Shown in pieces: positions 49,501 to 61,500 of a stretch of DNA of 64,000 nucleotides. The notes under the pieces were generated by a model that was given only the letters and a program-made list of their open reading frames with translations, was not told where the DNA came from and did no database searches. Both the position numbers and the translations under genes were made by a program. Origin of the DNA: Eledone cirrhosa (lineage: Eukaryota); contig OZ024748.1 of assembly GCA_964016885.1 (NCBI GenBank), positions 38,316,001 through 38,380,000 of the forward strand. The letters are read 5' to 3'. Position 1 is the stretch's first letter, and the number at the start of each line of letters is the position of its first letter.

Positions 49501-52500
49501 TCCTGGTCTTACTGGGTGTCCTGGTCTTACTGGGTATCCTGGTCTTACTGGGTGTCCTAGTCTTACTGTGTGTCCTGGTCTTACTGGGTGTCCAAGTCTT
49601 ACTGGGTGTCCTAGTCTTACTGTGTGTCCTAGTCTTACTGGGTGTCCTAGTCTTACTGGGTGTCATAGTCTTACTGGGTGTCTTGGTCTTACTGGGTATC
49701 CTGGTCTTACTGGTGTCCTAGTCTTATTGGGTGTCCGGGTCTTACTGGGTGTCCTAGTCTTACTGCTGCGTCCTGGTCTTACTGGGTATCCTAGTCTTAC
49801 TGTGTGTCCTAGTCTTACTGGGTGTCCTAGTCTTACTGGGTGTCCTAGTCTTACTGGGTGTCCCGGTCTTACTGGGTGTCCTGGCCTTACTGGGTGTCCT
49901 GATCTTACTGGGTGTCCTGGTCTTACTGGGTGTCCTAGCCTTACTGGGTGTCCTGTTCTTACTGGGTGTCCTGGTCTTACTGGGTGTCCTGGTCTTACTG
50001 GGTGTCCTATCCTTACTGGGTGTCCTGGTCTTACTGGGTGTCCTGGTCTTACTGGGTGTCCAGGTCTTACTGGGTGTCCAGGCCTTACTGGGTGTCCTGG
50101 TCTTACTGGGTGTCCTGGCCTTACTGGGTGTCCTGGTCTTACTGTGTGTCCTGGCCTTACTGGGTGTCCTGGTCTTACTGGGTGTCCTGGTTTTACTGGG
50201 TGTCCTGGTCTTACTGGGTGTCCTGGTCTTACTGGGTGTCCTAGTCTTACTGGGTTTCCTGGTCTTACTGGGTGTCCTAGTCTTACTGGCTGTCCTGGTC
50301 TTACTGGGTGTCCTGGTCTTACTGGGTGTCCTAGTCTTACTGGGTGTCCTAGTCTTACTGGGTGTCCTGGTCTTACTGGGTGTCCTGGTCTTACTGGGTG
50401 TCCTAATCCTACTGGGTGTCCTGGTCTTACTGGGTGTCCTGGCCTTACTGAGTGTCCTGGTCTTACTGGGTGTCCTAGTCTTACTGAGTGTCCTGGTCTT
50501 ACTGGGTGTCCTAGTCTTACTGGGTGCCCTAGTCTTACTGAGTGTCCTGGTCTTACTGGGTGTCCTAGTCTTACTGAGTGTCCTGGTCTTACTGGGTGTC
50601 CTAGTCTTACTGGGTGTCCTGGGCTTACTGGGTGTCCTAGTCTTACTGGGTGTCCTAGTCTTACTGGTTGTCCTAGTCTTACTGGGTGTCCTGGTCTTAC
50701 TGAGTGTCCTGGTCTTACTGAGTGTTCTGGTCTTACTGGATGTTCTGGTCTTAATGGGTGTCCTAGTCTTACTGGGTGTCCTAGTCTTACTGAGTGTCCT
50801 GGTCTTACTGGGTGTCCTAGTCTTACTGAGTGTCATGGTCTTACTGGGTGTCCTAATCCTACTGGGTGTCCTGGTCTTACTGGGTGTCCTGGCCTTACTG
50901 AGTGTCCTGGTCTTACTGGGTGCCCTAGTCTTACTGAGTGTCCTGGTCTTACTGGGTGTCCTAGTCTTACTGAGTGTCCTGGTCTTACTGGGTGTCCTAG
51001 TCTTACTGGGTGTCCTGGGCTTACTGGGTGTCCTAGTCTTACTGGGTGTCCTAGTCTTACTGGTTGTCCTAGTCTTACTGGGTGTCCTGGTCTTACTGAG
51101 TGTCCTGGTCTTACTGAGTGTTCTGGTCTTACTGGATGTTCTGGTCTTAATGGGTGTCCTAGTCTTACTGGGTGTCCTAGTCTTACTGAGTGTCCTGGTC
51201 TTACTGGGTGTCCTAGTCTTACTGAGTGTCCTGGTCTTACTGGGTGTCCTAATCTTACTGGGTGTAACTGGTCTTACTGGGTGTCCTAGTCTTACTGGGT
51301 GTCCTGGTCTTACTGGGTGTCCTGGTCTTACTGGGTGTCCTAGTCTTACTGGGTGTCCTGGTCTTACTGGGTGTCCTGGTCTTACTGGGTGTCCTGGTCT
51401 TACTGGGTATCCTGGTCTTACTGGGTGTCCTAGTCTTACTGTGTGTCCTGGTCTTACTGGGTGTCCTAGTCTTACTGGGTGTGCTAGTCTTACTGGGTGT
51501 CCTAGTCTTACTGGGTGTCCTGGTCTTACTGGGTGTCTTGGTCTTACTGGGTGTCCTAGTCTTACTGAGTGTCCTAGTCTTACTGGGTGTCCTGGTCTTA
51601 CTGAGTGTCCTAGTCTTACTGGGTGTCCTGGTCTTACTGGGTGTCCTAGCCTTACTGGGTGTCCTTGTCTTACTGGGTGTCCTGGTCTTACTGGGTGTCC
51701 TGGTCTTACTGGGTGTCCTATCCTTACTGGGTGTCCTGGTCTTACTGGGTGTCCTGGTCTTACTGGGTGTCCAGGTCTTACTGTGTCCTGGCCTTACTGG
51801 GTGTCCTGGTCTTACTGGGTGTCCTGGCCTTACTGGGTGTCCTGGTCTTACTGTGTCCTGGCCTTACTGGGTGTCCTGGTCTTACTGGGTATCCTGGTTT
51901 TACTGGGTGTCCTGGTCTTACTGGGTGTCCTGGTCTTACTGGGTGTCCTAGTCTTACTGGGTTTCCTGGTCTTACTGGGTGTCCTAGTCTTACTGGCTGT
52001 CCTGGTCTTACTGGGTGTCCTGGTCTTACTGGGTGTCCTAGTCTTACTGGGTGTCCTAGTCTTATTGGGTGTCCTGGTCTTACTGGGTGTCCTGGTCTTA
52101 CCGGGTGTCCTAATCTTACTGGGTGTCCTGGTCTTACTGGGTGTCCTGGCCTTACTGAGTGTCCTGGTCCTACTGGGTGTCCTAGTCTTACTGAGTGTCC
52201 TGGTCTTACTGGGTGTCCTAGTCTTACTGGGTGCCCTAGTCTTACTGAGTGTCCTGGTCTTACTGGGTGTCCTAGTCTTACTGAGTGTCCTGGTCTTACT
52301 GGGTGTCCTAGTGTTACTGGGTGTCCTGGGCTTACTGGGTGTCCTAGTCTTACTGGGTGTCCTAGTTTTACTGGGTGTCCTAGTCTTACTGGGTGTCCTG
52401 GTCTTACTGAGTGTCCTGGTCTTACTGAGTGTCCTGGTCTTACTGGATGTTCTGGTCTTAATGGGTGTCCTAGTCTTACTGGGTGTCCTAGTCTTACTGA

Positions 52501-55500
52501 TAGTCCTGGTCTTACTGGGTGTCCTAGTCTTACTGAGTGTCCTGGTCTTACTGGGTGTCCTAATCTTACTGGGTGTAACTGGTCTTACTGGGTGTCCTAG
52601 TCTTACTGGGTGTCCTGTTCTTACTGGGTGTCCTGGTCTTACTGGGTGTCCTAATCTTACTGGGTGTAACTGGTCTTACTGGGTGTCCTAGTCTTACTGG
52701 GTGTCCTGGTCTTACTGGGTGTCCTGGTCTTACTGGGTGTCCTAGTGTTACTGGGTGTCCTGGTCTTACTGGGTATCCTGGTTTTACTAGGGTGTCCTGG
52801 TCTTACTGGGTGTCCTGGTCTTACTGGGTGTCCTAGTCTTACTGGGTTTCCTGATCTTACTGGGTGTCCTAGTCTTATGGCTGTCCTGGTCTTACTGGGT
52901 GTCCTGGTCTTACTGGGTGTCCTAGTCTTACTGGGTGTCCTAGTCTTTTGGGTGTCCTGGTCTTACTGGGTGTCCTGGTCTTACTGGGTGTCCTGGCCTT
53001 ACTGAGTGTCCTGGTCCTACTGGGTGTCCTAGTCTTACTGAGTGTCCTGGTCTTACTGGGTGTCCTAGTCTTACTGGGTGCCCTAGTCTTACTGAGTGTC
53101 CTGGTCTTACTGGGTGTCCTAGTCTTACTGAGTGTCCTGGTCTTACTGGGTTTCCTAGTGTTACTGGGTGTCCTGGGCTTACTGGGTGTCCTAGTCTTAC
53201 CGGGTGTCCTAGTTTTACTGGGTGTCCTAGTCTTACTGGGTGTCCTGGTCTTACTGAGTGTCCTGGTCTTACTGAGTGTCCTGGTCTTACTGGATGTTCT
53301 GGTCTTAATGGGTGTCCTAGTCTTACTGGGTGTCCTAGTCTTACTGAGTGTCCTGGTCTTACTGGGTGTCCTAGTCTTACTGAGTGTCCTGGTCTTACTG
53401 GGTGTCCTAATGTTACTGGGTGTAACTGGTCTTACTGGGTGTCCTAGTCTTACTGGGTGTCCTGTTCTTACTGGGTGTCCTGGTCTTACTGGGTGTCCTA
53501 GTCTTACTGGGTGTCCTGGTCTTACTGGGTGTCCTGGTCTTACTGGGTGTCCTGGTCTTACTGGGTATCCTGGTCTTACTGGGTGGCCTAGTTTTACTGT
53601 GTGTCCTGGTCTTACTGGGTGTCCTAGTCTTACTGGGTGTGCTAGTCTTACTGGGTGTCCTAGTTATACAGGGTGTCCTGGTCTTACTGGGTGTCCTGGT
53701 CTTACTGGGTATCCTGGTCTTACTGGGTGTCCTGGTCTTACTGGGTGTCCTAGTCTTACTGGGTGTCCTGGTCTTACTTGGTGTCCTAGTCTTACTGGGT
53801 GTCCTAGTCTTACTGGGTGTCCTGGTCTTACTGGGTGTCCTGGTCTTACTGGATATCCTGGTCTTACTGGGTGTCCTAGTCTTACTGGGTGTTCTAGTCT
53901 TACTGGGTGTCCTTGTCTTATTGGGTGTCCTGTTCTTACTGGGTGTCCTAGTCTTACTGGGTGTCCTGGTCTTACTGGGTGTCCTGGTCTTACTGGGTGT
54001 CCTAATCTTACTGAGTGTCCTGGTCTTACTGGGTGTCCTGGCCTTACTGAGTGTCCTGGTCTTACTGGGTGTCCTAGTCTTACTGAGTGTCCTGGTCTTA
54101 CTGGGTGTCCTAGTCTTACTGGGTGTCCTGGTCTTACTGAGTGTCCTGGTCTTACTGGGTGTCCTAGTCTTACTGAGTGTCCTGGTCTTACTGGGTGTCC
54201 TAGTCTTACTGGGTGTCCTGGGCTTACTGGGTGTCCTAGTCTTACTGGGTGTCCTAGTCTTACTGGGTGTCCTAGTCTTACTGGGTGTCCTGGTCTTACT
54301 GAGTGTCCTGGTCTTACTGAGTGTCCTGGTCTTACTGGATGTTCTGGTCTTAATGGGTGTCCTAATCTTACTGGGTGTCCTAGTCTTACTGAGTGTCCTG
54401 GTCTTACTGGGTGTCCTAGTCTTACTGAGTGTCCTGGTCTTACTGGGTGTCCTAATCTTACAGGGTGTAACTGGTCTTACTGGGTGTCCTAGTCTTACTG
54501 GGTGTCCTGGTCTTACTGGGTGTCCTGGTCTTACTGGGTGTCCTAGTCTTACTGGGTGTCCTGGTCTTACTGGGTATCCTGGTCTTACTGGGTTTCCTAG
54601 TCTTACTGTGTGTCCTGGTCTTACTGGGTGTCCTAGTCTTACTGGGTGTGCTAGTCTTACTGGGTGTCCTAGTCTTACTGGGTGTCCTGGTCTTACTGGG
54701 TGTCCTGGTCTTACTGTGTTTCCTAGTCTTACTGGGTGTCCTGGTCTTACTTGGTGTCCTAGTCTTACTGGGTGTCCTAGTCTTACTGGGTGTCCTGGTC
54801 TTACTGAGTGTCCTAGTCTTACTGGGTGTCCTGGTCTTACTGGGTGTCCTAGCCTTACTGGGTGTCCTTGTCTTACTGGGTGTCCTGGTCTTACTGGGTG
54901 TCCTGGTCTTACTGGGTGTCCTATCCTTACTGGGTGTCCTGGTCTTACTGGGTGTCCTGGTCTTACTGGGTGTCCAGGTGTTACTGGGTGTCCAGGCCTT
55001 ACTGGGTGTCCTGGTCTTACTGGGTGTCCTGGCCTTACTGGGTGTCCTGGTCTTACTGTGTCCTGGCCTTACTGGGTGTCCTGGTCTTACTGGGTATCCT
55101 GGTTTTACTGGGTGTCCTGGTCTTACTGGGTGTCCTGGTCTTACTGGGTGTCCTAGTCTTACTGGGTTTCCTGGTCTTACTGGGTGTCCTAGTCTTACTG
55201 GCTGTCCTGGTCTTACTGGGTGTCCTGGTCTTACTGGGTGTCCTAGTCTTACTGGGTGTCCTGGTCTTACTTGGTGTCCTAGTCTTACTGGGTGTCCTAG
55301 TCTTACTGGGTGTCCTGGTCTTACTGGGTGTCCTGGTCTTACTGGATATCCTGGTCTTACTGGGTGTCCTAGTCTTACTGGGTGTTCTAGTCTTACTGGG
55401 TGTCCTTGTCTTATTGGGTGTCCTGTTCTTACTGGGTGTCCTAGTCTTACTGGGTGTCCTGGTCTTACTGGGTGTCCTGGTCTTACTGGGTGTCCTAATC

Positions 55501-58500
55501 TTACTGAGTGTCCTGGTCTTACTGGGTGTCCTGGCCTTACTGAGTGTCCTGGTCTTACTGGGTGTCCTAGTCTTACTGAGTGTCCTGGTCTTACTGGGTG
55601 TCCTAGTCTTACTGGGTGTCCTGGTCTTACTGAGTGTCCTGGTCTTACTGGGTGTCCTAGTCTTACTGAGTGTCCTGGTCTTACTGGGTGTCCTAGTCTT
55701 ACTGGGTGTCCTGGGCTTACTGGGTGTCCTAGTCTTACTGGGTGTCCTAGTCTTACTGGGTGTCCTAGTCTTACTGGGTGTCCTGGTCTTACTGAGTGTC
55801 CTGGTCTTACTGAGTGTCCTGGTCTTACTGGATGTTCTGGTCTTAATGGGTGTCCTAATCTTACTGGGTGTCCTAGTCTTACTGAGTGTCCTGGTCTTAC
55901 TGGGTGTCCTAGTCTTACTGAGTGTCCTGGTCTTACTGGGTGTCCTAATCTTACAGGGTGTAACTGGTCTTACTGGGTGTCCTAGTCTTACTGGGTGTCC
56001 TGGTCTTACTGGGTGTCCTGGTCTTACTGGGTGTCCTAGTCTTACTGGGTGTCCTGGTCTTACTGGGTATCCTGGTCTTACTGGGTTTCCTAGTCTTACT
56101 GTGTGTCCTGGTCTTACTGGGTGTCCTAGTCTTACTGGGTGTGCTAGTCTTACTGGGTGTCCTAGTCTTACTGGGTGTCCTGGTCTTACTGGGTGTCCTG
56201 GTCTTACTGTGTTTCCTAGTCTTACTGGGTGTCCTGGTCTTACTTGGTGTCCTAGTCTTACTGGGTGTCCTAGTCTTACTGGGTGTCCTGGTCTTACTGA
56301 GTGTCCTAGTCTTACTGGGTGTCCTGGTCTTACTGGGTGTCCTAGCCTTACTGGGTGTCCTTGTCTTACTGGGTGTCCTGGTCTTACTGGGTGTCCTGGT
56401 CTTACTGGGTGTCCTATCCTTACTGGGTGTCCTGGTCTTACTGGGTGTCCTGGTCTTACTGGGTGTCCAGGTGTTACTGGGTGTCCAGGCCTTACTGGGT
56501 GTCCTGGTCTTACTGGGTGTCCTGGCCTTACTGGGTGTCCTGGTCTTACTGTGTGTCCTGGCCTTACTGGGTGTCCTGGTCTTACTGGGTGTCCTGGTTT
56601 TACTGGGTGTCCTGGTCTTACTGGGTGTCCTGGTCTTACTGGGTGTCCTAGTCTTACTGGGTTTCCTGGTCTTACTGGGTGTCCTAGTCTTACTGGCTGT
56701 CCTGGTCTTACTGGGTGTCCTGGTCTTACTGGGTGTCCTAGTCTTACTGGGTGTCCTAGTCTTACTGGGTGTCCTGGTCTTACTGGGTGTCCTGGTCTTA
56801 CTGGGTGTCCTAATCCTACTGGGTGTCCTGGTCTTACTGGGTGTCCTGGCCTTACTGAGTGTCCTGGTCTTACTGGGTGTCCTAGTCTTACTGAGTGTCC
56901 TGGTCTTACTGGGTGTCCTAGTCTTACTGGGTGCCCTAGTCTTACTGAGTGTCCTGGTCTTACTGGGTGTCCTAGTCTTACTGAGTGTCCTGGTCTTACT
57001 GGGTGTCCTAGTCTTACTGGGTGTCCTGGGCTTACTGGGTGTCCTAGTCTTACTGGGTGTCCTAGTCTTACTGGTTGTCCTAGTCTTACTGGGTGTCCTG
57101 GTCTTACTGAGTGTCCTGGTCTTACTGAGTGTTCTGGTCTTACTGGATGTTCTGGTCTTAATGGGTGTCCTAGTCTTACTGGGTGTCCTAGTCTTACTGA
57201 GTGTCCTGGTCTTACTGGGTGTCCTAGTCTTACTGAGTGTCATGGTCTTACTGGGTGTCCTAATCCTACTGGGTGTCCTGGTCTTACTGGGTGTCCTGGC
57301 CTTACTGAGTGTCCTGGTCTTACTGGGTGCCCTAGTCTTACTGAGTGTCCTGGTCTTACTGGGTGTCCTAGTCTTACTGAGTGTCCTGGTCTTACTGGGT
57401 GTCCTAGTCTTACTGGGTGTCCTGGGCTTACTGGGTGTCCTAGTCTTACTGGGTGTCCTAGTCTTACTGGTTGTCCTAGTCTTACTGGGTGTCCTGGTCT
57501 TACTGAGTGTCCTGGTCTTACTGAGTGTTCTGGTCTTACTAGATGTTCTGGTCTTAATGGGTGTCCTAGTCTTACTGGGTGTCCTAGTCTTACTGAGTGT
57601 CCTGGTCTTACTGGGTGTCCTAGTCTTACTGAGTGTCCTGGTCTTACTGGGTGTCCTAATCTTACTGGGTGTAACTGGTCTTACTGGGTGTCCTAGTCTT
57701 ACTGGGTGTCCTGGTCTTACTGGGTGTCCTGGTCTTACTGGGTGTCCTAGTCTTACTGGGTGTCCTGGTCTTACTGGGTGTCCTGGTCTTACTGGGTGTC
57801 CTGGTCTTACTGGGTATCCTGGTCTTACTGGGTGTCCTAGTCTTACTGTGTGTCCTGGTCTTACTGGGTGTCCTAGTCTTACTGGGTGTGCTAGTCTTAC
57901 TGGGTGTCCTAGTCTTACTGGGTGTCCTGGTCTTACTGGGTGTCTTGGTCTTACTGGGTGTCCTAGTCTTACTGAGTGTCCTAGTCTTACTGGGTGTCCT
58001 GGTCTTACTGAGTGTCCTAGTCTTACTGGGTGTCCTGGTCTTACTGGGTGTCCTAGCCTTACTGGGTGTCCTTGTCTTACTGGGTGTCCTGGTCTTACTG
58101 GGTGTCCTGGTCTTACTGGGTGTCCTATCCTTACTGGGTGTCCTGGTCTTACTGGGTGTCCTGGTCTTACTGGGTGTCCAGGTCTTACTGTGTCCTGGCC
58201 TTACTGGGTGTCCTGGTCTTACTGGGTGTCCTGGCCTTACTGGGTGTCCTGGTCTTACTGTGTCCTGGCCTTACTGGGTGTCCTGGTCTTACTGGGTATC
58301 CTGGTTTTACTGGGTGTCCTGGTCTTACTGGGTGTCCTGGTCTTACTGGGTGTCCTAGTCTTACTGGGTTTCCTGGTCTTACTGGGTGTCCTAGTCTTAC
58401 TGGCTGTCCTGGTCTTACTGGGTGTCCTGGTCTTACTGGGTGTCCTAGTCTTACTGGGTGTCCTAGTCTTATTGGGTGTCCTGGTCTTACTGGGTGTCCT

Positions 58501-61500
58501 GGTCTTACCGGGTGTCCTAATCTTACTGGGTGTCCTGGTCTTACTGGGTGTCCTGGCCTTACTGAGTGTCCTGGTCCTACTGGGTGTCCTAGTCTTACTG
58601 AGTGTCCTGGTCTTACTGGGTGTCCTAGTCTTACTGGGTGCCCTAGTCTTACTGAGTGTCCTGGTCTTACTGGGTGTCCTAGTCTTACTGAGTGTCCTGG
58701 TCTTACTGGGTGTCCTAGTGTTACTGGGTGTCCTGGGCTTACTGGGTGTCCTAGTCTTACTGGGTGTCCTAGTTTTACTGGGTGTCCTAGTCTTACTGGG
58801 TGTCCTGGTCTTACTGAGTGTCCTGGTCTTACTGAGTGTCCTGGTCTTACTGGATGTTCTGGTCTTAATGGGTGTCCTAGTCTTACTGGGTGTCCTAGTC
58901 TTACTGATAGTCCTGGTCTTACTGGGTGTCCTAGTCTTACTGAGTGTCCTGGTCTTACTGGGTGTCCTAATCTTACTGGGTGTAACTGGTCTTACTGGGT
59001 GTCCTAGTCTTACTGGGTGTCCTGTTCTTACTGGGTGTCCTGGTCTTACTGGGTGTCCTAATCTTACTGGGTGTAACTGGTCTTACTGGGTGTCCTAGTC
59101 TTACTGGGTGTCCTGGTCTTACTGGGTGTCCTGGTCTTACTGGGTGTCCTAGTGTTACTGGGTGTCCTGGTCTTACTGGGTATCCTGGTTTTACTAGGGT
59201 GTCCTGGTCTTACTGGGTGTCCTGGTCTTACTGGGTGTCCTAGTCTTACTGGGTTTCCTGATCTTACTGGGTGTCCTAGTCTTACTGGCTGTCCTGGTCT
59301 TACTGGGTGTCCTGGTCTTACTGGGTGTCCTAGTCTTACTGGGTGTCCTAGTCTTTTGGGTGTCCTGGTCTTACTGGGTGTCCTGGTCTTACTGGGTGTC
59401 CTGGCCTTACTGAGTGTCCTGGTCCTACTGGGTGTCCTAGTCTTACTGAGTGTCCTGGTCTTACTGGGTGTCCTAGTCTTACTGGGTGCCCTAGTCTTAC
59501 TGAGTGTCCTGGTCTTACTGGGTGTCCTAGTCTTACTGAGTGTCCTGGTCTTACTGGGTGTCCTAGTGTTACTGGGTGTCCTGGGCTTACTGGGTGTCCT
59601 AGTCTTACCGGGTGTCCTAGTTTTACTGGGTGTCCTAGTCTTACTGGGTGTCCTGGTCTTACTGAGTGTCCTGGTCTTACTGAGTGTCCTGGTCTTACTG
59701 GATGTTCTGGTCTTAATGGGTGTCCTAGTCTTACTGGGTGTCCTAGTCTTACTGAGTGTCCTGGTCTTACTGGGTGTCCTAGTCTTACTGAGTGTCCTGG
59801 TCTTACTGGGTGTCCTAATGTTACTGGGTGTAACTGGTCTTACTGGGTGTCCTAGTCTTACTGGGTGTCCTGTTCTTACTGGGTGTCCTGGTCTTACTGG
59901 GTGTCCTAGTCTTACTGGGTGTCCTGGTCTTACTGGGTGTCCTGGTCTTACTGGGTGTCCTGGTCTTACTGGGTATCCTGGTCTTACTGGGTGGCCTAGT
60001 TTTACTGTGTGTCCTGGTCTTACTGGGTGTCCTAGTCTTACTGGGTGTGCTAGTCTTACTGGGTGTCCTAGTTATACAGGGTGTCCTGGTCTTACTGGGT
60101 GTCCTGGTCTTACTGGGTATCCTGGTCTTACTGGGTGTCCTGGTCTTACTGGGTGTCCTAGTCTTACTGGGTGTCCTGGTCTTACTTGGTGTCCTAGTCT
60201 TACTGGGTGTCCTAGTCTTACTGGGTGTCCTGGTCTTACTGGGTGTCCTGGTCTTACTGGATATCCTGGTCTTACTGGGTGTCCTAGTCTTACTGGGTGT
60301 TCTAGTCTTACTGGGTGTCCTTGTCTTATTGGGTGTCCTGTTCTTACTGGGTGTCCTAGTCTTACTGGGTGTCCTGGTCTTACTGGGTGTCCTGGTCTTA
60401 CTGGGTGTCCTAATCTTACTGAGTGTCCTGGTCTTACTGGGTGTCCTGGCCTTACTGAGTGTCCTGGTCTTACTGGGTGTCCTAGTCTTACTGAGTGTCC
60501 TGGTCTTACTGGGTGTCCTAGTCTTACTGGGTGTCCTGGTCTTACTGAGTGTCCTGGTCTTACTGGGTGTCCTAGTCTTACTGAGTGTCCTGGTCTTACT
60601 GGGTGTCCTAGTCTTACTGGGTGTCCTGGGCTTACTGGGTGTCCTAGTCTTACTGGGTGTCCTAGTCTTACTGGGTGTCCTAGTCTTACTGGGTGTCCTG
60701 GTCTTACTGAGTGTCCTGGTCTTACTGAGTGTCCTGGTCTTACTGGATGTTCTGGTCTTAATGGGTGTCCTAATCTTACTGGGTGTCCTAGTCTTACTGA
60801 GTGTCCTGGTCTTACTGGGTGTCCTAGTCTTACTGAGTGTCCTGGTCTTACTGGGTGTCCTAATCTTACAGGGTGTAACTGGTCTTACTGGGTGTCCTAG
60901 TCTTACTGGGTGTCCTGGTCTTACTGGGTGTCCTGGTCTTACTGGGTGTCCTAGTCTTACTGGGTGTCCTGGTCTTACTGGGTATCCTGGTCTTACTGGG
61001 TTTCCTAGTCTTACTGTGTGTCCTGGTCTTACTGGGTGTCCTAGTCTTACTGGGTGTGCTAGTCTTACTGGGTGTCCTAGTCTTACTGGGTGTCCTGGTC
61101 TTACTGGGTGTCCTGGTCTTACTGTGTTTCCTAGTCTTACTGGGTGTCCTGGTCTTACTTGGTGTCCTAGTCTTACTGGGTGTCCTAGTCTTACTGGGTG
61201 TCCTGGTCTTACTGAGTGTCCTAGTCTTACTGGGTGTCCTGGTCTTACTGGGTGTCCTAGCCTTACTGGGTGTCCTTGTCTTACTGGATGTCCTGGTCTT
61301 ACTGGGTGTCCTGGTCTTACTGGGTGTCCTATCCTTACTGGGTGTCCTGGTCTTACTGGGTGTCCTGGTCTTACTGGGTGTCCAGGTGTTACTGGGTGTC
61401 CAGGCCTTACTGGGTGTCCTGGTCTTACTGGGTGTCCTGGCCTTACTGGGTGTCCTGGTCTTACTGTGTCCTGGCCTTACTGGGTGTCCTGGTCTTACTG

